From Gemmatales bacterium (GTDB taxonomy: Bacteria > Planctomycetota > Planctomycetia > Gemmatales > HRBIN36), in assembly GCA_046350055.1 (NCBI GenBank), contig JAXMBC010000001.1, positions 1,214,660 to 1,278,659 on the forward strand: DNA of 64,000 nucleotides, read 5' to 3'. Shown here piece after piece: positions 20,199 through 27,890 of the stretch (within the stretch, counting starts at the first letter, position 1; the number at the start of each line of letters is the position of its first letter). The position numbers were made by a program, and so were the translations under genes. The notes beneath the pieces are model-generated. The model had not been told where the DNA came from and did not search any database. It saw nothing but the letters and a program-made list of their open reading frames with translations.

Positions 20199-21155
20199 AT
20201 GGCTACTCTCGCCCAATTTGCTGAGCAGCTCGATCTTCGTCCGGAGCTGACCTGGCCTGCTCCGCCCGAAGTGCATCGCACGAAATCGAAACCCCACCTG
20301 AAGCCGCTGCCTCAGGTCCGGGCCGTGACCTGGAATGTCTACGGCACCTTGCTCGCCATCTCAGGGGGCGAACTTCTCCGCGAGCATCCCCAGAAGTTCA
20401 TCACCGACCTGGCCCTGGACAAGACCATCCAGGAATTCAAAATGTGGAAGGCCATGTCGCGCAAGCCCGGCCACCCTGCTGAGTATATGCGGGTCATGAT
20501 CGGAAATGTCCTTGATGCCATGCTCTTCCTCGTCGAAAAGGGGGAAACCCATCCCGAAACCCTGCACGAGAAAATCTGGGAAGGCATCATCCGCAAGCTG
20601 ATGCAGAATGAATACACGGTGGACACCGGCAAGTACGGCTCGCTGGAAGAGATGTCGCTCAAGGTAGCCTACTTCTACAATCGCTGTCTGCAGGGAGTCG
20701 GCGCCCAGGCCGATGCTGCCGACACCGTGCAATGGATCAAGGACAGCAATCTCTGGCAGGGTCTGCTGGCCGACGGACAGGCCTACACCGGGCTGCATCT
20801 GCAGCGCAGCCTGCAGCAGCAGAACCCTTCCGTGCTGGCGGAGTTCTGCATTCCCTCATCCCATCGCGTACTCTCACACGCGCTCAAGAGCAGGAAGCCT
20901 TCCGACAAGCTTTACAAGGAAATGATCCGCCGACTGAAGGAGTTCGGCATCTCGCCCCAGGAAACTCTCCACGTTTCCAATGACCTCAGCAACGATCTGC
21001 TGCCCGCGAAGAAACACGGCTTCCTGACATGTCTGTTCACGGGCGACAGTCAGTCGCTCCGCGCCAAACCAGAGGAAGTTGCTGACCCGAACAACCGCCC
21101 GACGGTCATGGTCACGCAGCTTACACAGATCGTGCAGATGCTCGCCGCGGAGTGA
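20199..21155 (+). CDS. HAD-superfamily-like protein with a degenerate motif I
   Basis: The start was moved to MATLAQFAEQ. VTWNVYGTLL occupies the DxDxT position, and the C-terminus has SNDLSNDL...AKKHGF. Confidence 0.4.
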   Translation: MATLAQFAEQLDLRPELTWPAPPEVHRTKSKPHLKPLPQVRAVTWNVYGTLLAISGGELLREHPQKFITDLALDKTIQEFKMWKAMSRKPGHPAEYMRVMIGNVLDAMLFLVEKGETHPETLHEKIWEGIIRKLMQNEYTVDTGKYGSLEEMSLKVAYFYNRCLQGVGAQADAADTVQWIKDSNLWQGLLADGQAYTGLHLQRSLQQQNPSVLAEFCIPSSHRVLSHALKSRKPSDKLYKEMIRRLKEFGISPQETLHVSNDLSNDLLPAKKHGFLTCLFTGDSQSLRAKPEEVADPNNRPTVMVTQLTQIVQMLAAE

Positions 21156-21259
21156 CTGGTAGGCAGCACGCTCCACGGTGATGGCAGATAACTATAGCGC
21201 GAGCACAATGAATCGCCGCCAGTGGACCGCTGCCACGTTCTCCATGAGCACGATTCCCA

Positions 21260-22222
21260 TCAATCCTTCAGCCCATCGAACAGCGCCGTGGAGAGATACC
21301 GTTCCCCCAGGCTTGGCAGGAACGTGACGATCCGCTTGCCTTTGAATTCCGGTCGTGCCGCTACCTGGGCTGCTCCCCATACATTGGCACCGCTGCTGAT
21401 GCCGGCCATGATGCCTTCATCCTTCATCATCCGCCGCGACCACTCCATGGCTTGCTCGTTGCTCACCTGCAGCGTCTCGTCCACCAGGCTCAGGTCCAGG
21501 TTCTTCGGCACGAAGTTGGCACCGATGCCCTGAATCTTGTGCGAGCCCGGCTTGAGTGGCTCCCCGGCCCGGGTCTGCGTGATCACCGGCGACAGGCTTG
21601 GCTCCACCACAATCACCTTGAAGTTCGGGTTGAACTGACGGATGTACCGTGCCACACCGGTGATCGACCCACCCGTACCCACACCACACACGATGGCATC
21701 GATGTTCTTGCCACTGTCTTCCCAGATCTCGGGGCCGGTGGTGCGTTCGTGGATGGCAGGGTTCGCCGGGTTCTCGAACTGCTGAGGCATCCAGGCATTC
21801 TTGCCCCCGTTCTGCACCAGCTCGCTCGCCTTGTTGAGTGCCCCACGCATGCCCTCTGCGGCAGGAGTCAGCACCAGGTTGGCTCCCATCGCCCGCAGCA
21901 ACGCCCGCCGTTCCAGCGACATCGACTCCGGCATCGTCAGCGTCAGCTTGTAGCCCTTGGCCGCACAGACAAACGCCAGGGCAATACCCGTGTTGCCACT
22001 GGTCGGCTCGATGATGTGCGTTTCACTGGTCAGGATGCCCCGGCGCTCCGCATCCTCGATCATGGCCAGACCGATGCGGTCTTTCACACTCTTGAGCGGA
22101 TTGAAGAACTCACACTTGGCGAAAACCGTAGCGTGCTCCGCAGGGATGACCCGGCGGAGGCGAACCATGGGAGTGTTGCCAATGGTGTGCGTGATGCTGT
22201 CAAACGTTTTGCCCAGAGACAT
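21260..22222 (-). CDS. cysK: cysteine synthase A (O-acetylserine sulfhydrylase)
   Basis: It has GNTPMVRL, KCEFFNPLKSVKDR (the PLP lysine) and TSGNTGIALA. The start is taken at MSLGKTF. Confidence 0.85.
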   Translation of the reverse strand: MSLGKTFDSITHTIGNTPMVRLRRVIPAEHATVFAKCEFFNPLKSVKDRIGLAMIEDAERRGILTSETHIIEPTSGNTGIALAFVCAAKGYKLTLTMPESMSLERRALLRAMGANLVLTPAAEGMRGALNKASELVQNGGKNAWMPQQFENPANPAIHERTTGPEIWEDSGKNIDAIVCGVGTGGSITGVARYIRQFNPNFKVIVVEPSLSPVITQTRAGEPLKPGSHKIQGIGANFVPKNLDLSLVDETLQVSNEQAMEWSRRMMKDEGIMAGISSGANVWGAAQVAARPEFKGKRIVTFLPSLGERYLSTALFDGLKD

Positions 22223-22721
22223 GGATCGGCCCTTCACTGGTGGATGCGAGTGATGAGGGCCATCTTACAGAGCCGAAGCGTTCAGCGATACGCTGAAATC
22301 GATAATCAAATATGGCGTTCAGATCACGCTGAACGATGAGTGCATGCGACAAGGTGCCGAGCGGTCCCAGCGGCAGGCGATAGCGGACGATGTCGTGCAT
22401 CAGCGTGCCCCCTGCCTTCGATTCAAACGTGTGAGTATGGTGCCAGAGGCTATACGGTCCCTTGATCTGCTGATCAACGAAACGGTAGGGAGGCGACCAG
22501 TCCAGGATCTCCGTCCGCCAGGCAACCGGAATAAGCCGCCAGCGGATGGTATAGTCGATCAGCGTCCCGGTCTTCATCACGATGGGCAGCTTCGTTTTGA
22601 TCCGGAAATGCAGCCAGGGAGGCGTCAGGAAATCGAGGTTGACGGCATCGGCAAAAAAGGCGAAGACCTCGTCGATCCCGGTGGGAATGAACTGTTCACG
22701 GCGAAGGGTGTATTCGGTCAT
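22200..22721 (-). CDS. SRPBCC-superfamily (cyclase/dehydrase-like) protein
   Basis: A 173-aa ORF with FADAVNLDFLTPPWL...GPYSLWHHTHTFE. Its 3' end overlaps the cysK start. Confidence 0.6.
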   Translation of the reverse strand: MTEYTLRREQFIPTGIDEVFAFFADAVNLDFLTPPWLHFRIKTKLPIVMKTGTLIDYTIRWRLIPVAWRTEILDWSPPYRFVDQQIKGPYSLWHHTHTFESKAGGTLMHDIVRYRLPLGPLGTLSHALIVQRDLNAIFDYRFQRIAERFGSVRWPSSLASTSEGPIHVSGQNV

Positions 22722-22857
22722 GGCTATCGCTACCGGTAGAGTTTACAGACCATTCTTCGTGGAGAACCACCCTTTGGATGACACCACTCGCGCAGGATTC
22801 GTCCGCCCGGTCACTATACTGTCACAGCATCCGCGGATGGTATTCAAAGGAAGTTCC

Positions 22858-23622
22858 ATGATCATGCGTTGCCTGGCCATCGCCTGCCTCTTCATCGCTC
22901 AGACAGCGTACGCCCAAACCGTGCTGTTTGATGAAACCGCTGGCACACTTCCCGCTGCCCAGGGCTGGCTCACCTACATCGTCCAGGGCTCCGCCACTCA
23001 GACGTACCTGACCAACCAGGGCGTGCAACTGGTCACCGATAACGCTACCCAGGCAGGCTACTTCAATCGCAATCTCTTCACCGGCACTCTGGTCAACCCC
23101 GCCTTTCCCGTCCTCCAGCGTAACCCGGGCTTTGCGGTTCGCTTTGATCTCACCGTGACCGCGGAAGCCCATCTCAACAACAATCGTGCAGGCTTCAGCG
23201 TCATCGCCCTCGCCAGCGATGGCATGGGCATTGAACTGGGCTTCTGGGCCAACGAAATATGGGCCCAGAACGACACCCCCCTCTTCACTCACGGCGAAGG
23301 CGTAGTACGCAACACCACCTCTGCTACCAGCTACCTCCTCAGCCTCGTCGGCAACAGCTATCAACTGGTAGCGGACGGTTCTCCGATTCTCAATGGTGCG
23401 CTGCGCAACTATTCCTCGTTCGGATTTCCACCCTACACCTACACCAGCTTCCTCTTTCTGGGGGACGATACCACCAGTGCCAGCGCCGATGTCACCCTCG
23501 GCCGCGTGACCCTCCTCGCCAGCGTGCCAGAACCAGCCAGCTGGATGATGATGACGGTAGCGGTGCTGGGCGCAGGCTGTTGCTATCGGCGATGGAAGCG
23601 CGGAAACATACAAGTCGCCTGA
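22858..23622 (+). CDS. PEP-CTERM sorting-domain protein
   Basis: The start is taken at MIMRCLAIACLFIAQTAYAQ (signal peptide). The C-terminus is VPEPASWMMMTVAVLGAGCCYRRWKRG. Confidence 0.75.
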   Translation: MIMRCLAIACLFIAQTAYAQTVLFDETAGTLPAAQGWLTYIVQGSATQTYLTNQGVQLVTDNATQAGYFNRNLFTGTLVNPAFPVLQRNPGFAVRFDLTVTAEAHLNNNRAGFSVIALASDGMGIELGFWANEIWAQNDTPLFTHGEGVVRNTTSATSYLLSLVGNSYQLVADGSPILNGALRNYSSFGFPPYTYTSFLFLGDDTTSASADVTLGRVTLLASVPEPASWMMMTVAVLGAGCCYRRWKRGNIQVA

Positions 23623-23758
23623 TCGTTACGGTGTAGACTTCGCAAACATTGTCTTCGGGGAGAATATCGTAATCGCTGGCCACATCATATCGGGGAATAA
23701 TCAGCCTGCCACACCCGCAAGCCTCCGCCACCGAATGTTAGGCTGTTGCATTGGCTGG

Positions 23759-24136
23759 TTATACCCCGCCCGCTGGCGGGAAGTCACCGACGCTGAAAGA
23801 GGCCCATGACAGCCCAGCGACGTGCGGTCGCCCCGACTTGGCGTCAAATACGCCTTCCAGAACGCTCACATTGTCATTCGCGATCAACGGCCCAGACACG
23901 AGCCAGTCGCTCGCAATACGGTTAGCAACGAGGAGTAATTCGAACACGCCCGTTGCCGCCGGGGATGAAAACGGGCTGCGAAGTGCGACCTCCCACAGCT
24001 CGGGCACCTTCCAATACGGCTTCGGAGCCTCGACGACTTCGGACGGAAGGACTTCGCGGGTTCGCGCAAGACACCGGTCGGCGCCCGCAGCGTCGTTCAC
24101 ACGAAACATCAGACGCCAGGCAACCTGAAGGGGCAT
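23759..24136 (-). CDS. cassette ORF g, hypothetical
   Basis: A 125-aa ORF from the ATG at 24136; the track starts it at the GTG at 24154. A GCCGAAC box lies just upstream (complement of 24157-24163) and a GCCTAAC box just downstream (complement of 23737-23743). Confidence 0.5.
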   Translation of the reverse strand: MPLQVAWRLMFRVNDAAGADRCLARTREVLPSEVVEAPKPYWKVPELWEVALRSPFSSPAATGVFELLLVANRIASDWLVSGPLIANDNVSVLEGVFDAKSGRPHVAGLSWASFSVGDFPPAGGV

Positions 24137-24172
24137 AACGTAGGTCCGGTGCACTGGTTCGGCGTCAGCGGC

Positions 24173-24493
24173 TCACCCACCGATCAGTTGCTGCCATCCG
24201 AGCAACGCCTGACGGAACTCGTCCAGCCCGACACGGCACACCGGCATGGACTCGTCCCACAGGCACTTGATCTCGGCCCCGGCAGCCGACAGGGTAAGCA
24301 GGAACGCATTGCCGGTGCCGCTGAACCCCGACTGACAACCTGCGGCGACCGCCTCTGCCATCTCCACCAACTCGGCAGCCCCGTTCGGGCTGGATTGGAC
24401 ATCCTGTTCCAAGAACCAGCCGACGGCCTCGTGTGGCGGAGCCACCTCGCACCGCGGGTAGCCATGCGCGTCTCGCAGGAACCGGGCTTCCAC
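24173..24493 (-). CDS. cassette ORF f, hypothetical
   Basis: A 106-aa ORF with a GTG start, preceded on the minus strand by GTTCGGCGGCGGAGGGCTTGCGGCA. Confidence 0.5.
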   Translation of the reverse strand: MEARFLRDAHGYPRCEVAPPHEAVGWFLEQDVQSSPNGAAELVEMAEAVAAGCQSGFSGTGNAFLLTLSAAGAEIKCLWDESMPVCRVGLDEFRQALLGWQQLIGG

Positions 24494-24600
24494 TGCCGCA
24501 AGCCCTCCGCCGCCGAACGACCCCGCTCAGCGGCCGCGGGGGCTCGGTGAGCTGTGAGTCGCAGAAACGCTACATGCCCCCGCCGGTCTGCTGCAGCGCC

Positions 24601-24834
24601 TGGATACTAATCATAGCCCTTCGGTTACAGTGAAGTCGGCGAACTTCACTCCAGGAGAGACTACGATGCGTTACTACACCCAGACTCACCCATACTACTG
24701 TGGCGTCGACCTGCACGCAAGAAGCCCGGGTGCCATAGCCTGCGTGTACTCACGCTGGCTATGCCGAGGTACCCCAAGGTTCCGGCATAGTCAGGTCGAG
24801 TACGACCAGACTAGGGCCCCCTTGCTATAGAGGG
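24601..24834 (+). mobile_element. recombinase-less remnant of an IS110/IS1111-family element inserted in an attC-like site
   Basis: The left end has the hairpin AGTGAAGT-CGGCGA-ACTTCACT and GGAGAG upstream of the ATG at 24666. It encodes MRYYTQTHPYYCGVDLHARS, where GVDLH corresponds to the N-terminal GIDxH/K motif of DEDD (IS110) recombinases. The ORF is then fused directly to module A1. Confidence 0.5.
24725..24817 (+). repeat. structured module A, copy 1 (candidate IS1111-type right end / guide RNA)
   Basis: H1 is 24734-24763 (CATAGCC-T-GCGTG TACT CACGC-T-GGCTATG). H2 is 24759-24790 (CTATGCCG...CGGCATAG). H3 is 24794-24807 (GGTCG AGTA CGACC). Confidence 0.7.
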
Positions 24835-25262
24835 GTTCGGCGTGCCTCTGCTTCTGCAGCCCACAGGGACCAATACCGCTCGGCCGCCGCCTCCAACTCC
24901 GCCTGCGACAGCGGCTGGCCCTCGGCGGTGGCTGCGTGTGTTGACGAGTACCGCGTCAGCAGGTAGCCGCCGCCCCCACGGTCCGAGCACTCGACGCGGA
25001 TGGCCCCCTCGGCCACCTCCGCCGACAGCACCTCCAGGCCGATCGCGGCGATGGCGACCGGGTCGGACACCGGCGGCCCCTCGTAGGGGTGGTACTCGAA
25101 CCGCTCGCACCCGGTGAGCGTGACCAGCACATGCTCGGCGCGGGTGGGCAGGTGGCCGCACAGGTACGAGATGCCGACTGACAGCCGGAGGTCGCCGGGG
25201 ACTGAGCCCTCGGCTGCCGACACCTCGCCGTCGTGCAGCACGTTCCAGATGGCGACATCCAC
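24825..25262 (-). CDS. cassette ORF e, hypothetical
   Basis: A 145-aa ORF with a GTG start and GGAGGG 9 nt upstream. The GCCGAAC box overlaps its last codons (CGC CGA ACC CCT CTA TAG). Confidence 0.5.
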   Translation of the reverse strand: MDVAIWNVLHDGEVSAAEGSVPGDLRLSVGISYLCGHLPTRAEHVLVTLTGCERFEYHPYEGPPVSDPVAIAAIGLEVLSAEVAEGAIRVECSDRGGGGYLLTRYSSTHAATAEGQPLSQAELEAAAERYWSLWAAEAEARRTPL

Positions 25263-25286
25263 CCGTTGCGCCCTCCGCCGCCGAAC

Positions 25287-25442
25287 AGATGCTTCTCTGA
25301 CCTATAGGTCAGAGAGTAAACTACACAGGTCAGATAATACCGGCTTGTCTCCAGCCTGGTCAAGCGATTACATCGAAACGTCGGCTTTCCTGATCTCCCA
25401 CTTTCTCCAAGCCGTCCACTAGCCACCACCCTGGTGTACAAG
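25287..25442 (-). promoter_or_regulatory. element B, copy 1 (short form): outward promoter plus palindromic operator/hairpin facing ORF e
   Basis: On the minus strand, TTGACC (25363-25358) is followed by an 18-nt spacer and TATTAT (25339-25334). A CTGACC half-site and the perfect 22-bp palindrome TCTCTGACCTATAGGTCAGAGA (25294-25315) follow. Confidence 0.55.
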
Positions 25443-25534
25443 CCTATCATAACAGGGAGGCAGGCCTGCGAAGGTCGTGGAGACGGTCTGTCTATAGAGT
25501 GCAGTAACCGTGGCACGATGAACTCCGCCGCGCG

Positions 25535-25630
25535 CCCGGGTGCCATAGCCTGCGTGTACTCACGCTGGCTATGCCGAGGTACTCCGAGGTTCGGGCATAG
25601 TCAGGTCGAGTACGACCAGAGGCCGTCCGG
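25535..25630 (+). repeat. structured module A, copy 2
   Basis: It is near-identical to copy 1, with H1 at 25544-25573. The H2 3' arm reads GGTTCGGGC. It is preceded by segment C, which ends in ATGAACTCCGCCGCGC. Confidence 0.7.
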
Positions 25631-25788
25631 TAATTGAGTTGATCTAAACTGCCTGATCTCTTGAGGTTACGTTGTTGTTTGCCAACGCCAACGCAACACA
25701 TCAGGAGATCAGGCATTGCTTAGTGCCAAGGACGGCACGTCGCTCGCCACGTTGATACAGCAAGCCATTCCTGTTTGTCAGGAAGCGG

Positions 25789-25890
25789 CGGGTGCCATAG
25801 CCTGCGTGTACTCACGCTGGCTATGCCGAGGTACTCCAAGCTTCCGGCACAGTCAGGTCGAGTACGACCAGGCTTTGGCACCCGTGCGAG
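25789..25890 (+). repeat. structured module A, copy 3, with a perfect closing stem
   Basis: The closing stem is CGGGTGCC (25789-25796) paired with GGCACCCG (25877-25884). H1 is at 25796-25825. The module ends at the stop codon of ORF d. Confidence 0.7.
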
Positions 25891-25894
25891 CCAG

Positions 25895-26413
25895 CTACCA
25901 AGTCCGATGATAGCGGAACCCATCGTGATCCGTGCCCTCGATGTATCCCATCGCTGACAATGTCTGTTCAGCCGCCCGCCGCCGCGTGAACCCGAGCAAG
26001 TCCTCGCGGCCGGCGTTCGTGAGTTCCGCGGCGACCCGCTCAAAGGTGCACCGCGGGTCGTGACCGAGCAACTCGGCCGAGCGCCACGGGAGCGGCATGA
26101 CCAAAAGCTTCTCCCGGTCGTCGTCGGGGTCCGCCAGACCCAGAGCGAGGAGGGCCAACTCGAGCGTCTCTAGGGACGCCCGGCGCACCGCCAGTGCAGC
26201 GGATCGCTCCGCGTAGCACAGCAGGACGGATGCTAGCCCGCCGTCCATGCAGCCGAGAAATTCGGCGGCAGACGGGCCAGCGTCACGGGCAGTCCGCAGG
26301 AGTGCCTCGACGGACTCATCAAGCGGATGAGGTATAGGCCGCGGGCCGTAGCCATCGTACACGCCGTCTCAGATTGCGGCGTCAACCCGGTCAGCAATGT
26401 CGTCGAGACCCAT
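25895..26413 (-). pseudogene. cassette ORF d with an in-frame TGA after codon 14
   Basis: On the minus strand, GAGGAGG lies upstream (7-nt spacer) of the ATG at 26413. This encodes MGLDDIADRVDAAI, then TGA (26371-26369), and the same frame continues DGVYDGYGPRPIP... to 25895. The track lists only 25895..26362. Confidence 0.45.
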
Positions 26414-26427
26414 CGCCCTGCCTCCTC

Positions 26428-26523
26428 GCCGAACGACCCCGCTCAGCAGCGGCGGGGCACCGGCGAGCTTGGACTCCCAGAACAGCGTCATGCCCCGCCG
26501 TCTGCTGCAGTGCCTCGTTCGGC
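26428..26523. other. intact attC-like site (96 bp)
   Basis: It runs from GCCGAAC (26428-26434) to GTTCGGC (26517-26523). The arms CAGCAGCGGCGGGGC and GCCCCGCCG-T-CTGCTG pair, leaving one unpaired T. Confidence 0.6.
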
Positions 26524-26529
26524 GTGCCT

Positions 26530-26931
26530 TTAGCTCATCTGGAGCCGGAACCCAATGCCCTCTGACGCTGCAACCCCAAGGACCCGCGCCATCTCCTCCA
26601 ACTCCTCGACCACTCCGGCGGACTCGTCGAGCCGCTTCGCCGCCTTCGGGCTGGCCTTGATGTGGTCGGCGAGGGCTTGCATCGCGGCCCGGCCCTCGGC
26701 CGGATCGAACCACTCAGTCCACTCGCCCATGACCTCCGCAAGGTCGTCCGGATCGCCGTCGAAATCCTCGGGGATCGGGCGGTTGTCCGCGAACGCCGTG
26801 AACGGCGTGAGCTTGGCCGCCCGTGCGATCTTGTCGAGTACCTCGAAGTTCGCCGCCAAGACCTCGCCGAGGGCGACGAACTTGGTGCCCGTCAGCTTGG
26901 GCTGGAACACTGGGTAGATGCCCAAGCTCAT
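26530..26931 (-). CDS. cassette ORF c, hypothetical (acidic; immunity-protein-like flavour)
   Basis: A 133-aa ORF with the ATG preceded by GGCGGAGGGCAAGCGG. It reads MSLGIYPVFQPKL...PEDFDGDPDDLAEVMGEWTEWFDPAEG. Confidence 0.55.
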   Translation of the reverse strand: MSLGIYPVFQPKLTGTKFVALGEVLAANFEVLDKIARAAKLTPFTAFADNRPIPEDFDGDPDDLAEVMGEWTEWFDPAEGRAAMQALADHIKASPKAAKRLDESAGVVEELEEMARVLGVAASEGIGFRLQMS

Positions 26932-26954
26932 CCGCTTGCCCTCCGCCGCCGAAC

Positions 26955-27173
26955 AGTTGTTTCTCTGACCTATAGGTCAGAGAGTAAACTACACAGGTCA
27001 GATAATACCGGCTCGACTCCAGCCTGGTCAAGCGATTAGCCTCGGATGGTCCAATTCCCTGACCTAAACTCTGATGAAGCTCCTCGACTACTGACAAACT
27101 CTGTCTCGACCTTTCAGTTTACTATCTGCAACTTTCTCCAAACCGTTCACTAGCCACCACTCTGGTGTACAAG
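26955..27173 (-). promoter_or_regulatory. element B, copy 2 (long form): outward promoter plus palindrome facing ORF c
   Basis: On the minus strand, TTGACC (27031-27026) is followed by an 18-nt spacer and TATTAT (27007-27002). The palindrome is at 26962-26983. Confidence 0.55.
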
Positions 27174-27174
27174 T

Positions 27175-27290
27175 CCGGGTGCCATAGCCTGTGTGTACTC
27201 ACCCTGGCTATGCCGAGATACTCCAAGGTTCCGGCATAGTCAGGTCAAGTACGATCAGACTAGGGCACCCGGGCACCCGTGCAGCGACTG
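27175..27290 (+). repeat. structured module A, copy 4, with a closing stem and full 3' tail
   Basis: The closing stem is CCGGGTGCC (27175-27183) paired with GGCACCCGG (27264-27272). The tail GCACCCGTGCAGCGACTG abuts GTTCGGC (27291-27297). Confidence 0.7.
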
Positions 27291-27304
27291 GTTCGGCGGC
27301 GCCC

Positions 27305-27772
27305 TCACTCTTTAATACCCCAGCCCGCTAGTCGTTCCTTATGAGCGGCCGTGACTGCATTTTCATACGCAGCAGGGTCATTGAGCAATGTGGGCAGAAT
27401 GATTTTCTCGATGTCATCGACGACCGCATCAACGATGTCGCGCCCATCCGTCGTTTCGACGGCCCACTGCTTTTCGTTAAACCGGACTGCGCTTTCGCTA
27501 GCCCGGCCAAGCCGTTTGATCAAGTCGTCGTGACCACAAAGGAACTTCCCGTAATCATAGTTCGGTAATCCTAACTCGTCGTACCGAACAATCAGTCCGA
27601 TCTTTACCGGAGGCCTAATGTAAAATCCGTTTGAAAAAGGGCCGCCAGAACTGACAGCATTGTGTTCGGCCTCAAAGACGAATCCGTGCGGATTCAGGAT
27701 CGGATCGAGCCGGGCGACAATTGCGAGCAGGCGATCGTGCGGTTGTCCCAGGTATTTTGAGGACTTACTCAT
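27305..27772 (-). CDS. cassette ORF b, hypothetical
   Basis: A 155-aa ORF from the ATG at 27772 (MSKSSKYLGQPHD...). The track start at 27799 lies inside the attC-like site. Confidence 0.55.
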   Translation of the reverse strand: MSKSSKYLGQPHDRLLAIVARLDPILNPHGFVFEAEHNAVSSGGPFSNGFYIRPPVKIGLIVRYDELGLPNYDYGKFLCGHDDLIKRLGRASESAVRFNEKQWAVETTDGRDIVDAVVDDIEKIILPTLLNDPAAYENAVTAAHKERLAGWGIKE

Positions 27773-27787
27773 GTCAGTCACCAAGCC

Positions 27788-27882
27788 GCCGAACGACACC
27801 GTTCACCTGCGAGGCGGCCGGTGAGACGTTGAACCCTGAAAAACCGTGATGCCGCCGCGTCAGGTGCAACGGCTGGTTCGCT
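27788..27882. other. intact attC-like site (95 bp)
   Basis: It runs from GCCGAAC (27788-27794) to GTTCGCT (27876-27882). The arms CACCTGCGAGGCGGC and GCCGCCGCG-T-CAGGTG covary relative to the site at 26428-26523. Confidence 0.6.
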
Positions 27883-27890
27883 GCGGCCCC

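Larger units (their letters stand above)
24512..24841. other. attC-like site split by a 234-bp insertion (left part 24512-24600, right box 24835-24841)
   Basis: GCCGAACgaccccgctcagcggccgcggggg...cccccgccggtctgctgcagcgcc, then the insert, then GTTCGGC. It is collinear with the intact site at 26428-26523. Confidence 0.6.

Noticed and set aside
22582-22857. The N-terminal extension of the PEP-CTERM ORF given by the track (start at 22582)
   Set aside because: The extension overlaps the SRPBCC gene on the opposite strand. A clean signal peptide begins at the ATG at 22858.
24811-27097. Minus-strand ORFs that read through the inter-cassette spacers (24811-25161, 24956-25546, 26369-26713, 26714-27097)
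   Set aside because: They run across promoter, palindrome and attC-like sequences or lie out of frame with the cassette ORFs. They have Arg/Gly/Pro-rich low-complexity composition.
24725-27290. Reading the four module-A repeats as a CRISPR array
   Set aside because: The repeats are about 90-115 nt with complex multi-stem structure. Their spacing is irregular (roughly 170 to 1300 nt) and includes whole ORFs. No cas genes are present.
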